DNA of 63,944 bases, filler included, from Reclinomonas americana ATCC 50394 (taxonomy: Eukaryota): the NCBI GenBank assembly GCA_048213135.1. It is 16 parts of 16 records of this genome, joined end to end, with 100 filler letters (N's around TTAATTAATTAA, not from the genome) between each part and the next. Parts side by side here need not be neighbours in the genome. Positions count along the whole stretch, not along the records: positions 8,727 to 13,908 come from AFZH01022977.1; positions 14,009 to 16,035 come from AFZH01022978.1; positions 16,136 to 19,383 come from AFZH01022979.1; positions 19,484 to 28,075 come from AFZH01022980.1; 12 more parts are not named here. One strand, written 5' to 3'. The position numbers and the translations under genes are program-made. Positions 12,526 to 26,982 of this stretch are shown in pieces. The notes beneath the pieces are model-generated. The model had not been told where the DNA came from, did no database searches, and saw only the letters and a program-made list of their open reading frames with translations. Position 1 is the stretch's first letter. The number at the start of each line of letters is the position of its first letter.

Positions 12526-13908
12526 CACACAAGCGTATCTGCAGGCCCTCGAGATCCGACTCGGCATCATCCAGCTGCAGGATGTTGCGTGCGCGGGGTG
12601 CTTTTCACAGACAATCATTGTTTTTCGCGCGCTCTGACGACGGTTGTCTCTCTCACTCTCACACGCTCTTCCAACGCACAGCTGCTCCAGACGTTCTCTG
12701 ATGATGTTGCGCAGTCGCACTTGTCTGCCTACGTGCCTGTCCTTTCTTCCATGCACGTGCTCATCGCTTGCCCACTTGTCTCTCGGCAGCCTGGCGAGGC
12801 ATCGATGCGTGGCGAGATCGAGCAGCTGCAGACGGCGCTGAAGCACTCGCCGTATGAGGAGCGATTGCGTCACATGCCGCGCACAGAGGTGGAAGCGGAG
12901 ATTCGGCGGCACTCGTTGCGTCGCTCTGTGTGTGTGTGCAAAATCGTTACAACGACTGATGTCGATCGCTGGCAGCCTTCAACAACCACGAGGCGAGGGC
13001 GTGGCAAGTGGGCAGCGATCGCCACTGGTGCCCACTGATGTGCGCAACTTGCCGCGGGCGGTGCTGGGCAGTCCGGAGTCGATGGGCACGCTGGAGAGTC
13101 ATGAACACGAGCGTGACGATGACGACGATGATGATGGTGATGATGAGGGCGAGGGTGACGATGGGCACGGCAGCATGTCAGGGTCGCCATCGCACGATGT
13201 GCGGCAGTTGGAGAAGCTGCACGTGCGCGCTGAGGAGCTGGTGAGTGACACGTGTGTTATTCTCTCGCTCTGCGCGGTCTGACTGGTGTGGCAATGGGGC
13301 AGGAGAACCTGCTTGCACAATGTGCAGCGTGGCTACGTACGCACAAGTTCCAGGAGATTGTCGAAGCCGTGGCGCCGTTTGACCCAGAGGAGAACGCACG
13401 CAAGAATGTGAGTGAGTGTGCCTCGTGAAGCGTGCACGATGCTGACAACAAATGACGGTCCCTTTCTCAGCGTCAATTCCGCGTGGGCGATCGCGTCGCT
13501 GTCGGCGACTTGCTGCTGCTTGGCATCGTGCGATATTTTGGCAGAGCCAACGTTGGAGACGGCGACTGGGTCGGCGTCGAGTTGGATACTGATGGTGTGT
13601 GTGTGGCGGCAGAAGTTTTGCTTCGATAGCTCATGCGTGCATGCTGTGCAGACGGAAAGCACGACGGCACGGTGAACGGACATCGATACTTCCAATGCGC
13701 CGCCACGCGTGGCGTGTTTGCCAAGCCCGAGCATGTGATGCACTACTGGAAGGAGGTGTGTAGTGCGCCCAATAGCAGGCTCGATCGAGTGACTCAATCT
13801 TCTCTGCGTGATGGCAGTCGACGGCCACGGATGCCACCTCGCCATCCAATGTTTGGTGACGCAGCACACCGTGCACTCATCCTCTTGCTCTTTGTTTCAC
13901 ACGAAATC
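12503..13908 (+). CDS. CAP-Gly domain protein (multi-exon, 3' end uncertain), haplotype A
   Basis: FRVGDRVAV...GIVRYFGRANVGDGDWVGVELD / GKHDGTVNGHRYFQCAATRGVFAKP matches the CAP-Gly GKNDG motif. Confidence 0.85.
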
Positions 13909-14008
13909 NNNNNNNNNNNNNNNNNNNNNNNNNNNNNNNNNNNNNNNNNNNNTTAATTAATTAANNNNNNNNNNNNNNNNNNNNNNNNNNNNNNNNNNNN
14001 NNNNNNNN

Positions 14009-16035
14009 AAAAAAAAACAGACATCATAGGACAACGCACCTCCGATTTGAATGCTGGCCAGACGAGCGTACGAGTTGTAGGGCGGCGGAGCACCGGCCAA
14101 GTCAGTGGCCGACGGCCCATGCCAGCGGACGCACACTGTGCACCACAATTAAGTAACTAATCGCGGTGCGAGACAAGAAAATTGCTTCCTCACGCACCGT
14201 CGTACAGTCCCGGCTGCGCGTAGATGGTTGGCGTGTTCGGATCGTCGACAGTGTTGACAGTCAGCGTGTACGTGCCAATGGCGGCAGTGCCAGTGAAGGA
14301 ACTGGCCGTGACCCACGTGCCCGACGCGGGCGCTGCAATCAGGCAGGTACCGCCAGCCGACGGCTGCACCAAGACGAATGCCAAGGCGTCGCCGCTGACG
14401 TTGCCCGGATTCATCTCCACGTTGAGGCGCAAAGTCTCGCCGATACGAGCAGTGCGGATGGGCAGACTCGGTGAGTTGTACAGATTGGCTGCGCACATTA
14501 CACAACTTTGTTGTCAGTTGCAACACCTCCTGACACACTAGGCGGCGCGTTGAACGTACCAACACGCAGGCGGACAATGGGAATGTAGGTCGGCGTGTTG
14601 CTGGTCGTGTCGAGCGAGAAGCACAGCATGTCGGGACCATCGGGCATGGCGTTGTTGGCGACGGTGAACGTCAGATCGATCTCGGTGATGGCACCGGCTC
14701 CTGACGATGGGAACGTCTGCATGACTTGCACGGTGTCCTCCGACGAGCCGCTGCAGTCGGCGGTCTCGAACACGGCCCAGCCAGTGGTCGGATAGGTCGG
14801 ATCCTGCGGTCCGACAAGGCCAGAGCCGAGAATACGAATCGCGTGCGGGTTCGAGGCACCGGTAAAGGTGATGCGAGACGGAGTGGAGATGGTTGCTGTG
14901 TTGCAAAAAATATAATGTTAGGAAGATGGTGGTGTGGGAACAAACGAAAAAGGAGAAGGATCGCAGAGAATATATAAAAAAAAAATACGCAACGGCGAAT
15001 GTCGATCTGTCCAATGGAGGCGTAGTCACCAGTGGTGTGCCAGCGAGCGCACAGACGGTACGAGCCGGCCAGCGCAGTCGTCGAGCCAATGATGGTGCTC
15101 ACTTGCAACTGCATGCGTCCGCCCGGCGAGGCGCCGGTGAGCGACAGGAACTCCACCGAAGTGCCGTCGATGGGCGAGAATGCCGTCAGTTGGCACGTGT
15201 GCGAGATGTAGAACGCCGAGAAGTCGCCCAGCGTGCTGCCCATGTCGTGTCCGTCCAGCGTCACTTGCACGCCCGTCACACCCGACGGAAGCACACCCGG
15301 AGTGGTCGGCTGCAGGAAGCTGACTTCCGGCGTCAAGTTGGCCACACGAGCTGTCGCACACGAGTAAGAACACGAAAGTACAAACAAGGCTACGCAGAAC
15401 AAAACGAAAAACCAAGGGTGACACACCAACTTGCAGCGTACGCAGCGGACGCCAAATGTTGCGCGACGGAGCCGTGGGAATGTTGGCATTCTTCTGGCAC
15501 AGGAAGAACAGTGGCCCACTGGCGCTGGTGGCGGCCGACACGAAGAAGTTGAAGGTGGCCGAAGTGTCCGCGGGCGACGTCACCGTGATGACGGGAGTGA
15601 TGTCGGACTGCTCCGTGCAGTTCTCGTTGGCAAACACAAAGAAGGTCTGTGTCGGGTCGCTGGAGCGGAAGCCGGCGCCAATCACCGTCAGTGCTTGGGT
15701 CGGCAGAGGCGGGAACTCGGCATGAGTGCCGTGGTGCAGACGGAGCGGCGATGCCGCCGGCTGCGTCACGAGCGCCGTCACGTCAAAGTAGGCCAGCGCA
15801 GCGTGCGGCTGCAGACCAGCGTCACCAATCCAGGAAACGCACAGGTAGTACGTGCCACCAGCGGCTGGCGCTGGAGCCTCGTTAAGACTGATGGTCAGCA
15901 CCAGCGACAGTCCGGAGGCTGTGCCGGTGATCAGACTGCCAGACAGCTGATTGCCCGGCGAGCACGAGATGCTGTCGGCGAGGAAGACTTGGTTCGGGCC
16001 GAGGGACAGGAAGACGGGGTAGGCACTCGGCACAC
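14009..16035 (-). CDS. Internal fragment of a repetitive beta-sandwich surface protein, haplotype A
   Basis: S/T-rich exons with recurrent Y/F-x-L-C motifs (GTYYLCVSW, LFFLCQK, GSYRLCARW, DMLCFS) separated by GT-AG introns. Similar in style to the 8727-12096 gene and may be part of it. Confidence 0.6.
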
Positions 16036-16135
16036 NNNNNNNNNNNNNNNNNNNNNNNNNNNNNNNNNNNNNNNNNNNNTTAATTAATTAANNNNNNNNN
16101 NNNNNNNNNNNNNNNNNNNNNNNNNNNNNNNNNNN

Positions 16136-19100
16136 CGTCTTTTCGCACATCAAGAGTCACTCGGACACGCAGATGCGCAACCTGGACCGCAAGATTGTTG
16201 CGTCGACACTGTCACACAGTGCGCAGCTTCCCCTCGCACCTCCGCCTCTCTTACAATGGGTGGGGGCACAGGCCGATTCGGTGATCCGGCAGCTGCAGAA
16301 AATGGCCGATGCCATGCGCAACGATGCTCTCTCGCGCGAGTGCGACGACTTCCGCCTGGATCTCATCTACCGGTGAACGCACGTGGGGAACGCCTGCGAG
16401 AAATGTCATGCTGGCTGCCTGGCTGATCGTGTGTGTGTGTGTGTGTGTGTGCGACGCAGGTACTTTTCGTCGGAGGCGTTGGATGTGCGTCTCGGCGGTC
16501 TGCAGCAGATCCAGGACTTGCTGATTCACGTGTGTGCGCCGCCGAATCGACGCTCACCCAACCTCGGCTTCTCGTGGATGCAAAAAACCGAGTTGCGCAG
16601 TGTTGCCGCCAGCCACCGTGCGCTCTTCTGTGCCCGTCTCATTTATCTTTGGTGGTGCCGCGCACAGCTTCCTCGTGCAGTGGATCAAGAGCAAGGACAT
16701 TCTCGATCGCATTTTTGACAGTGGCAATGCCGAGCTGGTGCGCCAAAGTGAACTCATTTGGCACTTCCTGGCCCGCGAGAAGGCCCTCACCCCCGAAGAG
16801 TACCGCACACTGTGGTCGGCGTGCATTGTTGCGTTTTGTGAAGTGAGAGGGAGGAGCAGCGCGCAAGAGCATGCTGACCGTGTGTGCCGCACCGCAGGAG
16901 AAACACCCGAGTGTGCAGCGCATCGCCTGCCGCCACGTCATTGGCATGATGAAGTTCCTGGGTGTGCCAGATGTGGAGCAATTCTTCGAGACCCGAGTGC
17001 GCGGCTTGCTGCAGGATCGTGTGCAGCTGGCCAAGCTCGACGCTTTCCATGTGGACTTTATGGTCGACTACACCAGGGCGGCCCTCGAGAAGTCCTCCAA
17101 TGTTACGACTGCACAAGGGGGGAAAGCACGTCTCGTGTGTGTGTGCGCGCGTGTGCTTAGTGGTGCACGCAGATTCGTGATCGCGACCGCCAGCATTGGT
17201 ACGCCTACGACTTGCTGTGGGATTTGGTGCAGGACGGCACGTGCGAGCCTATTGCTCCGAAAGTGTGCCGCTACGCCTTTGATGCGCTGCGCGGTCTGCT
17301 GGTCGACCCGGCGGGCGAGTATCGCCGAGTCACCATTCTCGAAAAGTGCATGGTCAATCTGCAACAGAAGCGTACCATGACGCGGTCGATGAAGATGACG
17401 ACGGCCATCATTGGTGCATTTTTCCTCTCTCTCTCCATCCTTTTGCCTCTCTGCGTGCTCACTTCTCTAACACAGAGACATATCCGGCCAGCAAGCGTCG
17501 GAGACGCGGTACTGCCGTGACGGTGGTGGAGCAGTTGCAGTTGAAGTACAATGTGTTGAACGAGTTCTTTGCGGACCTGGAGGCGTTCGGGGCCCGTCTC
17601 GCCCGCCAGAGGCTCGAGCCGGATCAGGAAGCCGATGGGGTTTGTCACAGTTGATTGCGCACGCTCGCCGTACTCGGGTGTGCTCACTGCCCGCCGCAGG
17701 AGTTCACTGCGGAGGAGGAGATTGAGATCCGCCTCGTGTTCCTCGAGAATCTCGTGATGAGCTCCGGCCTCATCCTCACGTACGACAAGCTGCGCGACAT
17801 TTGGCGCAGCCTGTACGTACACGCCGTTTCGCCGCGTGCACGTGAGATCACGGTCTTGTGGATCCTCAAGTGCCGCGCAGCGGCCAAGGACGGCGTGTTG
17901 GCCTTCCCGGAAGATGCGCTGGTTCGCTTCTTTGAGGAGGAGTTGTGCAGCGACGACTACGCCAGTACCGTGGAGTCGCTGGCTGCGCTGGAGCTGTTCG
18001 AGTCTCTGTTCGTCGACTTGAATGTGAAGAATAAGTCGGTGACGCAGGAGAAGATGGGCGACGTGGAGGACACGTCGCTGCTCCCCGACGACATGGATCC
18101 TGGTGAGCTGGCGCATGCGCGCGCTCGCCTGGTTGTTGAGTTGCTGAATGATGATGATGTGTGTGCCAGATGAATTGGTCATTGTCGTGCACCGTGGCGG
18201 CGACATTCGCGGCGTGGATGCGCTGTGGAAGGTGGTGCTGCGGTCGCCGTCGGATCAGGTGGCGGCCAAGGCCATGGATCTGCTGCATGCCACTCGCTTC
18301 CATGTTCGTGACGCTGTGCCCTCTTTTCCCTTGCCATTGCTTGCTTGCTCACTGTAGTGACGGATGCAGTTTGCTCCGGGCATGGAGCGCCACGCGGCTT
18401 CAATGCGCGAAGAGTTTGTCGACATGTGTATTGAGCGGCTGCACCGTTGCGTGCATTCGTCCGCGGAGGACGGTGATGTGCCGATGCGACGGTGCTCGAT
18501 TGTGCTGCGAGTTGCGTGCCTCCATCATGTGCTTATCGTCGAAGGCCGAGGTATTCACTCTCTGCTTTTGTTGCGCGTCTGCAGCGCTTCATCGCCAAGT
18601 TTGGCGAGTATCCGGCCCGCCACGGTGCCACCATGTCCGGTGCGGTGACGCGTGCCGTATTCCGCCTCGCAGTCTTGTTCATTTGCGTCTCTCTATTGAC
18701 GTTGGGGTGGTGTGCAGGAGTCGGCATTGTGCTGCGTGCCGTCATTGTGTCCGAGGCCGAAACTTCGCACGTGGAAAAGTCTGTCGAGTACCGCGTCGTG
18801 GCTAAGCCGCAGAGCACTGTCGGCGGTACGTCATTTTACGTGCACGAGTTGTTGGACTTCATTTTGACAGCAACAACAAACAGATTTGCGCCGGAGCATT
18901 GGTTCGCGCATTCAGCGACCTGCACAGAATCTGCGTCTCATTAGCCATGGTGAGGAGCTGAAGGACGACGGCGTGCTGCTGTCCACGGCGCAGTTGCAGG
19001 ACCGACAGATTCTGTGGGTGTCCGTGCGAGAGATCAAGGTTTGGCACCGTGCTCGCCTTCTCCTCTGTGTTGTTGTTGAGCACTGACGCACTCGCGCTCG

Positions 19101-22100
19101 CAGGACGCCGTCCTTGACACACTCCAATTCCACCTGCGCGCATTCGGTCTGGAGAAATTTGCCAGCATGGCGCGGGAGCGCACTATGCGTTTCCGACCAG
19201 AGGCCTCTCTCGGAGCGGAGCCTTCGGTGGAGGCGCGCTTTGCGTTGGACACGGTGGCGGTGCGTTTCGTGTCAGTGTCTTCTAATATTGCACCGTGCGC
19301 GACAGCTCATGTCTTTGTGTGTGTTTTTGTCGCGACAGGTCGATGAACAACAGCGACGCAGCGATCAAGTGTTTGCGCGGCCANNNNNNNNNNNNNNNNN
19401 NNNNNNNNNNNNNNNNNNNNNNNNNNNTTAATTAATTAANNNNNNNNNNNNNNNNNNNNNNNNNNNNNNNNNNNNNNNNNNNNGTCGACGGGGAGCACAG
19501 CGTGCCGGATCGCTGGACACGACAGACTGGAGTTGCCGTTTCGTTGCCGCTGGTGGAGCGCGCTACCTGATTGATGCGCTGCTGGGCGGCACTGTGGGAC
19601 TGCAGGCGTCGAGTGTCTCTCGGCATTGCATGTCGGTGCTGTTGCGAGTGGTGGACCACTGCATGAGAAGTGCGTCTTCATGATTTGTCAGCAAAGCAGA
19701 TTTTGGCAAACACACATACTCACGACCATTGCAGTGTGCGCCACTGTTCCGGGCCTTCCCACCCTGTGCTCGGCTGCGGAGCTCGACCGACTCATGGTGC
19801 TGTGCATGGACATTGTGGCGGACACCGCCGCACCGGCGCCCGATTCCGCCGCCGACGAAGCTGCTCAGCGACTGTTGCGTAGCGCGAAGTCAACCATGAT
19901 GCATGTGCAGCGCGACCAACTTTACGTGTGCGTGCAAATGCAGATTCTGCGACCTCGGTGGTCAAGTGGTCCGCCAGGCATTGTCGCTGTTGGCGGCGTG
20001 CGTTCACTTGCGTGGCGGCAGCGCGCCTGTGGTGTCGTACTCACGGCGCCAGTCGAACTTGAGTGACTGGCTCCGGCAAGCGCTGCTGAAGGCTCCCAGT
20101 TGCGTGTGAATCCTTCGTGGCTTTGTGTCATGGAGAAGTGTGCGTGTGCTCACGTTACACACACTCGCATCATGCAGCGTCACCGGTGCGTCACGGCGCC
20201 GCCGACGGGCTGACCATGTTGTTGCGGCCGGATGTGGCCGAGACGCGTGCAGTGGCGGCCGCAGCCATTCCCAGCTTGCTTTCGTTCTTGCAAGCGGTGC
20301 GTGAGTTTCGGTGTGTCGGAGAATGGCGCTGTTGTGTTCTTACACTCGAAGCAGGAGGAACAAGAGATGGAGGGCGACGTGGAGCCGTACTTTGCACTCG
20401 TGTCGCGCATTCTGATGTTCCCGCGCGTCAACGAGGTTGTGACCGAGGTGCAGACGCTGCTCGACATGGTGATTCGCAAGATGTGCCGACGCCGAGTGAT
20501 GGAGGTGAGGCGCAGTGGCGGTCTTACGCACAGGCTGTGAGAAGTGTGAGTGCTCACACACACACACACACACGTACAGACATCGTTTGGCGGTCCCACC
20601 TCCTCCGAAGACAAGGTGTTGGTGGGCCTCTTGATTCTCGCCTCCACCCTGCTGCGCATGTCGCCACACCTGCGCATTCGCATCGAGCCAGGCGATTCGA
20701 CGTTGCGTTGATCCTCCGTCGGGTGGTGAGCGGTGTGTGGTTTCTGATTTTCGGGGCCGTGTGCAGTGCATTCGATTTGCTGGAGGAGGTCTTTTTCAAC
20801 TGCCTCTTCGGTGTGTCACCACTTGAGGACGCCATTCGGTTGGCTGAGGTTTCAGAGTGCGATGTACCCGCTGGCAAGAGCGTGAATCCGCGGACGCTAC
20901 CCAAGTGCAAGATGCCAGTCTCACGCAATGCCGCCATGTCGTTGTTGCAGCAGCTGGCGGCCGACGACAAGGATCACTTCCTTCGTCTGTGTGCCGCACT
21001 GCGCAGCGAAGTCAAGACACGTTGCGTGCGCACCGAGTCGTGCCCGTTCTTTTCAGCGTCACTGTGTTTTGATGAACTGTTTGCGCAGTGCAACCGCCGA
21101 ACGAGTACATGGTTGGCTTCGTGCAGAACCAGCGCTCGCCGCTCGGATTCGTGGGCCTGCGCAATCTGGGTGCCACCTGCTACATGAACTCGATGCTCCA
21201 ACAAATCTACATGACGCCGACCATTCGTAGTGCGCTGTTGAGCCTGGACTTGCCGCAGATGCGGCCGGAGCAACCCGACGACAACTACACACTGCTCATG
21301 CAGCTGCAGTCGTTGTTCGCGTGCGTCACTTACTCCGTGATATTTCCGGTGGGCAGTCACTGATCAGTTACCGCGCAGGAGCCTGTTCCTGAGCAACAAA
21401 AAGTTCTACGATCCCGTGCCATTCACGTCGGTCTACAAGGACATGGACGGCAACCCCATCAATCCGCGTGAGCAGCAGGACACGAACGAATTCTTCAATG
21501 TGCTGCTCGACCGCGTGGAGGCCGCTCTGAAGCACACACCGCAGGTACGTTGACAGACATGCCTGTGTTTGTGGGTGCATGCATCACTTACGTTTTTGTG
21601 TTTCAGCCATTCATCTTCCGCGACATTTTCGGTGGCAAGATCAGCAACCAGATCATTTGCAAGGACGTGGACTTTGTATCGTCGAACGATGAGCCGTTTT
21701 ACTCGGTCAGCTTGGAGGTGAAGAATCAGAACTCGATTCTGCAGGTGCGTGCATCATCGACCGGCAAATCCGCAACCATGTTTCCTTACTTGTATGACTC
21801 TGAGCAGAGTCTGGCGTTCTTTGTTCAAGGCGACATGCTCGAGGGCGACAACAAGTTCTACTGTGAGGAGTTTGATCAGCGCGTCGATGCGCTGCGCCGA
21901 CAGTGTTTCAAAGTTGCGACTGCGTTGCACTGAGCGCGCGCGTGTTGTTCTTGGTTGGCACTAAACTGTTCCTCCATATCGCAGGAGCTGCCGCCGATGA
22001 TGGCGCTGCACTTGAAACGCTTCGAGTTCGACTACGAGCGCATGGTCCACGTCAAGATCAATGATCGGCTTGAGTTCCCGCTCGAGCTGGACATGTTCCC

Positions 22101-25100
22101 GTACACGGTGAAAGGCCTCGCCCAAAAGGGTCATCCCCTGGCCGGTGGTGCGTCGCCGTTGATGGCATGAAGTTCTCGCCCTGTGCTTCTCCCTCTCTCC
22201 TCACGATTGTGTGCGCACACGCGCTCAGGCCTCTCCCGCTCAATGTTCAAACTGGCCAACACGCGCGACGAGGACCCCGAATACTACCTCTACGATCTGG
22301 TCGGTGTGCTGGTGCACTCGGGTTCGGCCAACTCTGGCCACTACTACTCGTTCATCAAGGAGCGTGAGGACGGTGGCACGGACGACTCGGGTGGCTGGTA
22401 CGAATTCAACGACACCACCATTCGCCCGTTCAGGCTGGATGTTGCGTCTGCATGTTCACTGTGGCGTGTGTTGGGCGTTTTCTCTGACCCGCCGTCACAG
22501 ATGCTCGAGCGGGAGGCGTTCGGCGGCACCGAGTCGTACACGATGCAAGATGGCACGAAGCGCGACGTTGTGCGTGCCCAGAACGCCTACATGCTGTTCT
22601 ACAGACAGCGGCTGTACGCGAGGAAGGCACGCGAGCTGTTGCATCCGTCGTTGACGACGGAGGAGGACGGCGAAGTGGCTGCCGGCAGTGCATCGGCATC
22701 AACAGTGCCTGCTGTTGTTGGCGCTGGCGATGTGGCCGCCGAAGCACAGCCTCCACCGCGACGACAGCGTCCTGTCTCTGCCGTGCCCGGTCGACGTGTG
22801 GTCATGGCCGACGACGACAAGTTGGTCAGACGGCCGAGTATGGAGGCACCCGAGTCGCTCGTGACGACCAATACGAGTGCCGATGCATTTGACGGCATCG
22901 ATGAGGAGCGGTCGACCGTGGTGGACGAGGAGGGTGACGAAGGAGGCGCTTCGTCGTCGTCGGCAGGCAAGCGGCGCTCGGGATCGCTGGTTCTCACGGC
23001 CGTTGACCGTGCGCCGCCTGCTGGTATTTGTTTTTTCTTGTCGCTTCGTTTTTCGGCGATTCCTCTATCACATGGATTACTGACTGGGCGGATTTGCAGA
23101 GGGAGCTGGGTCGTCGTCGTCTGCTGGCGCTCCAGTGCCATTGCGTGGTTCGTTTCCGTGCTGCAGCTTGCATGTCTCAGTGACGTCTCACTTTATCTGT
23201 GTGCGCGACAGACATGAAAACATTTGTGCTGTCGTATCTGGCGCCGGGTGGTGTGCGGCTACCGCGTGCCATTTCAGCGCCAGTGTGGACCGAGAATCAG
23301 GTGTTGCTGCGTCAGTGGTCCGTCTATGACCCTCAACTGGCGTCGTCGCTTGCCGATATCATGAATGAGCAAATCACTCGACGTGAGCGTGCGCGCGGAG
23401 GAGCATCGGATCGTTGAGTGCTGATGTGTTCGTGTAGTTGGCGGTATGATCTGCTGCCACTCACTCTATTCGCACGGCAGTGTCGGATTCGGATGTGCTG
23501 CTCGTGACGGATTTGCTGCTGCACTACACGGCGAATGTGGTTGCTCGAAGTGGCGAGAGCAGTCAGTTTTCGTACTGGACGCAGCTTTTGTGCCGATGGG
23601 CGGAGTTGTTCCCGTTGGTTTGTGTTCCATCGTGCACGAGTGTTTTTCCCTGCTTGTGACGCTGGAGTTGTGACTCTTTTTTGTGGATAGGCGGCGACGT
23701 ACGTTGCCGACCAGCTCAGCAACCAGCCCGACTGGCGCAAGAGCTTGCTGTTTGATCATCCGGCCGGCGACGTGCGGCGTGCATTTGGCGAGCTGCTGTC
23801 GCGCTGTGTATGCCTGCTGTCGCGTGAGGAGAACTTGGAGTTGTATAATGGTGCGCGTGACATTCGATCGCCGTCTTGTGTTTTCTACTTTTGCTGACCG
23901 TCGGCGCAGAGTTCGACCCATCGCAATTCGTCTCGGGTCTCACAACAGAGCAGAGTGACGCACTCGGTCACACGCTGTCGGAGCAGCGCTCGATATTGTA
24001 TCACGGCTCATCGTTCACTGTCTCGAAGACGGCATTGCCGGCGCTTGTCAGTGTGCTGATTGACGCGGTGCGTACGTGTGTGCTCTTGTGTTTGTCGAGT
24101 GCTCGCACGCTGCTGCTGACTCTCTTTGCGTTGTGCAGATTGACGATGCCGGTCTCGCCGGTCGTCGGGCGCTCGAATACTTCCGCCTGATGGGCACCAT
24201 TGCGGAGCAGTGTGATGTGGAGGTGAGAGACGAAATTGTATGAGCAAGAAAACTTTGCCCACCTCACGCATTCTGAAAAATCACACAGCGCGAGTGGATG
24301 GTGGCACGCGGACTCGTCAGCAAGGTGGTGGCTGTGCTGGAGTCCGAATCCGCCGCAGTGCGACAACAGAACGAGCAGCGCACGAGCCTGTCATCGTCGT
24401 CTGGTGGACGCAATCCGTATTCCAGCTCCACTGGTAGCCACTTTTCGACGGCAGCCACGGCGGCCATGGCCGGCATGGATAATCAGCGCGTGGCGCTTCC
24501 AGGCACGGCTGCGGCCTCGGCGGCTCCCGCGTACGGTCCGCAGCCGGCGCCGAGGAACACGTACCGGTACACTGGCATTGGCAGCAGCAGCTACCGACCG
24601 CAGACGCTGTGCGACCGCATCGGCGGTGAAACCCTGCAGCGCGCCATGCGCCTGCTGCGCGTGCTGGTCACCTCGTGTGGCACCGTGCAGTCGGCCATTC
24701 ACGGTCCGCCGCCGACACTGTACCTGTCACCACGCAACCAGCAGGCCGACTCGCCGGCACAAGGCACCGGCAGCTCACTGCCGCCCGACATTCGCATGCC
24801 TGCGCTGTCGCAGGAGGATGTCAAGGCTCTCTTCAGCAAGGTGTGTGTGTGTGTGTGTGCCGCCCCCCCGGCACGATGTTTGATGGGGAGTTTCGCTTAC
24901 GTTTAATGGGGGGCTGGCAGTATTTCATTGCGCACGTCATGGAGGAGGACGTGGCCAATGTCGAGTTGTTCGAGATCCTCGTGCACTGGTGCTGGGAGAG
25001 CATCGACATTTCGCGCAACATGGTATGCATGGTGATCGAGAACTTGGATCACTTGCCGTACACCATGTATCCGTCGTACCTCGCGCTGCTCGATCGCTTG

Positions 25101-25502
25101 CTGAATATTCACGACACGGTCTCGGCCGCACGGTGCGTTCGATTTTCTCGTGTGCTGTCGCACTGTTGGGGAGCTGATCACGTATGTATGTGTGCACACT
25201 CAACAGTGTCAAGTACGCCATGGGTCGCGTGCTGTCACTGGTGCGCCAAAACGTGCACAACCGCAACGCCGCGCACACATGCATGCGCTTTTTGATGGAA
25301 TGGGAGAGGCCTTCGGAGGAGGCACAGGCGTTGCGTGCCGGTCGGACTCGCCCCTGCTGCGATCGGATAACCTCACTCACTCTTCTGTGTAATCCACAGG
25401 TGGGTACACAACAACATGGCGACGTTGCGCGACATGTGCCAGCAAGTCGGACTGGTCATCAAGGAGAAGCGTCCAGAATCGGCATCGGCAGAGCGGCGTT
25501 GA
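16136..25502 (+). CDS. USP9/24/34-like deubiquitinase, haplotype B, including N-terminal ARM-like and ubiquitin-like regions (spans gap 19384-19483)
   Basis: 16136-19383 encodes [23 protein letters not shown]...[13 protein letters not shown]...[10 protein letters not shown] and a Ubl-like segment [32 protein letters not shown]. 19484-25502 is a near-identical copy of 1-6035. Joining across the gap is inferred. Confidence 0.8.
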
Positions 25503-25697
25503 AAAAAAAGCAAAAGGCGAACTGAGTGCAGAAGCAGCCGAACGAAAGAGAGAATGGAAGAGAGTACAGCGTGTTCCCATATTTATAACGCAATCGGAAG
25601 TCGAGACGGAGTGACTCCGAGGGCCCTCATCAATCATGCATTTAATCCGAACACAAGTGGACACACAACTTCATTTTTTGTGAGAGTGAGAGAGAGG

Positions 25698-26699
25698 ATG
25701 AGTCGCACAGTGTTGCCTTCAGTGGCTGGCGCGTCGTCTGACCCCAACCTGGAGACCATGTACTTTGCGATGGGATGATTTTGGTGCGAGACGGCTTTCG
25801 GGTGCGTTGTCTCCCTCTCACTCTCTCGTGACTGTTGCATCACCCTTGGCTCAACTCCACCGCGTGCAGAGTCCATCCGGGGGTCGTCCGCACCAGTGTC
25901 GGGTATCAGGTGTGTGATCAGAAGCAACACAGAGAGCTGCAAGTGATCGGGTCATTGACTCGTGCGACTGCAGGGTGGCAAGACCAAGAACCCGACTTAC
26001 AGAGATATGAAGGACCACACCGAGTCCATGCGTGTCGAGTTCGACCCTCGCCTGGTCTCCGTCAGCGAGCTCCTCGCGGTCAGTCTTGCGCAGTTGTCGT
26101 TGTGATCTTTCCCTTGTCTCATGGCCATGGTGGGGGCGCGCGCAGGTGTTCTGGAGCCAGGTCGATCCGACGCACATGTCCTCGGTGCAGTACAAGTCGG
26201 CTGTGTTTTACACGTCGGACGAGCAGGCGGCGATCGTGCGCGACTCGATTCCCAAGCTGCGTGCGGGTGAGAAGCTCGCCACGACGATCGAGGCCTTTCG
26301 TGAGCCGTGGTATCCAGCTGAAGGTCGGTTCTCGTGCGCGACTTGCTGGTGCGCCCCTGTTGGTTGACCGTGCGTGCGCGAACCAGGGTATCATCAAAAG
26401 TACTATCTGCGCCACCGCTCGGATCTTCTTCGAGTGCTCGAGGAGTCGGGTGTTGACATGGCCGACGATGTGGCAGTGACGGATTCGCCATTGGTTCGTC
26501 AACACTTACATGTAGACTCTGCTGTTGCCGAGTTGTCTTACCGCGTGCGTGCTTCTTGCAGGCCACCAAACTCAACGCCTACGCCAATGGGCTCGGCACG
26601 GCAGCGTCGGTGGAGCGCGACGCAGCGGCGTTTGGACTCGGTCCCGAGGCCGTCGATGTGCTGCGCAAGTACATCCGCGGTGCCGGTGGTCGGCGCTAA
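25698..26699 (+). CDS. msrA: Selenoprotein MsrA, haplotype B (TGA 25776-25778)
   Basis: Same six-exon structure as haplotype A. The TGA is retained while nearby codons differ (I/T, L/H). Confidence 0.92.
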
Positions 26700-26780
26700 C
26701 AGTTGAGCGAGGGGTGGGTGGCGGCGCCGACAACTGGCGCGTGACGACGGAGGGCGTGATGGAGTTCTGTGTGCCAACGG

Positions 26781-26842
26781 ATGACGTTGTCAGCAACAAG
26801 GAAGAGACGGTAGTTCGTTCATTCTTCCTGCTGACGACTGAT
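26781..26842 (+). promoter_or_regulatory. SECIS element, haplotype B
   Basis: Identical to 7314-7375. Confidence 0.88.
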
Positions 26843-26982
26843 GCGGAGCGCGTCGACTTTTTTCCTTGCTGTCGGCGCCCCACACATGGCACAACTCTGT
26901 CGCGGCCATCCATCGTCACGCGTGCACTGTCGCAAAAATGAACCGAGGCATGTTCAGCTGCTTTCTTGCGTCATCCTCCTCC

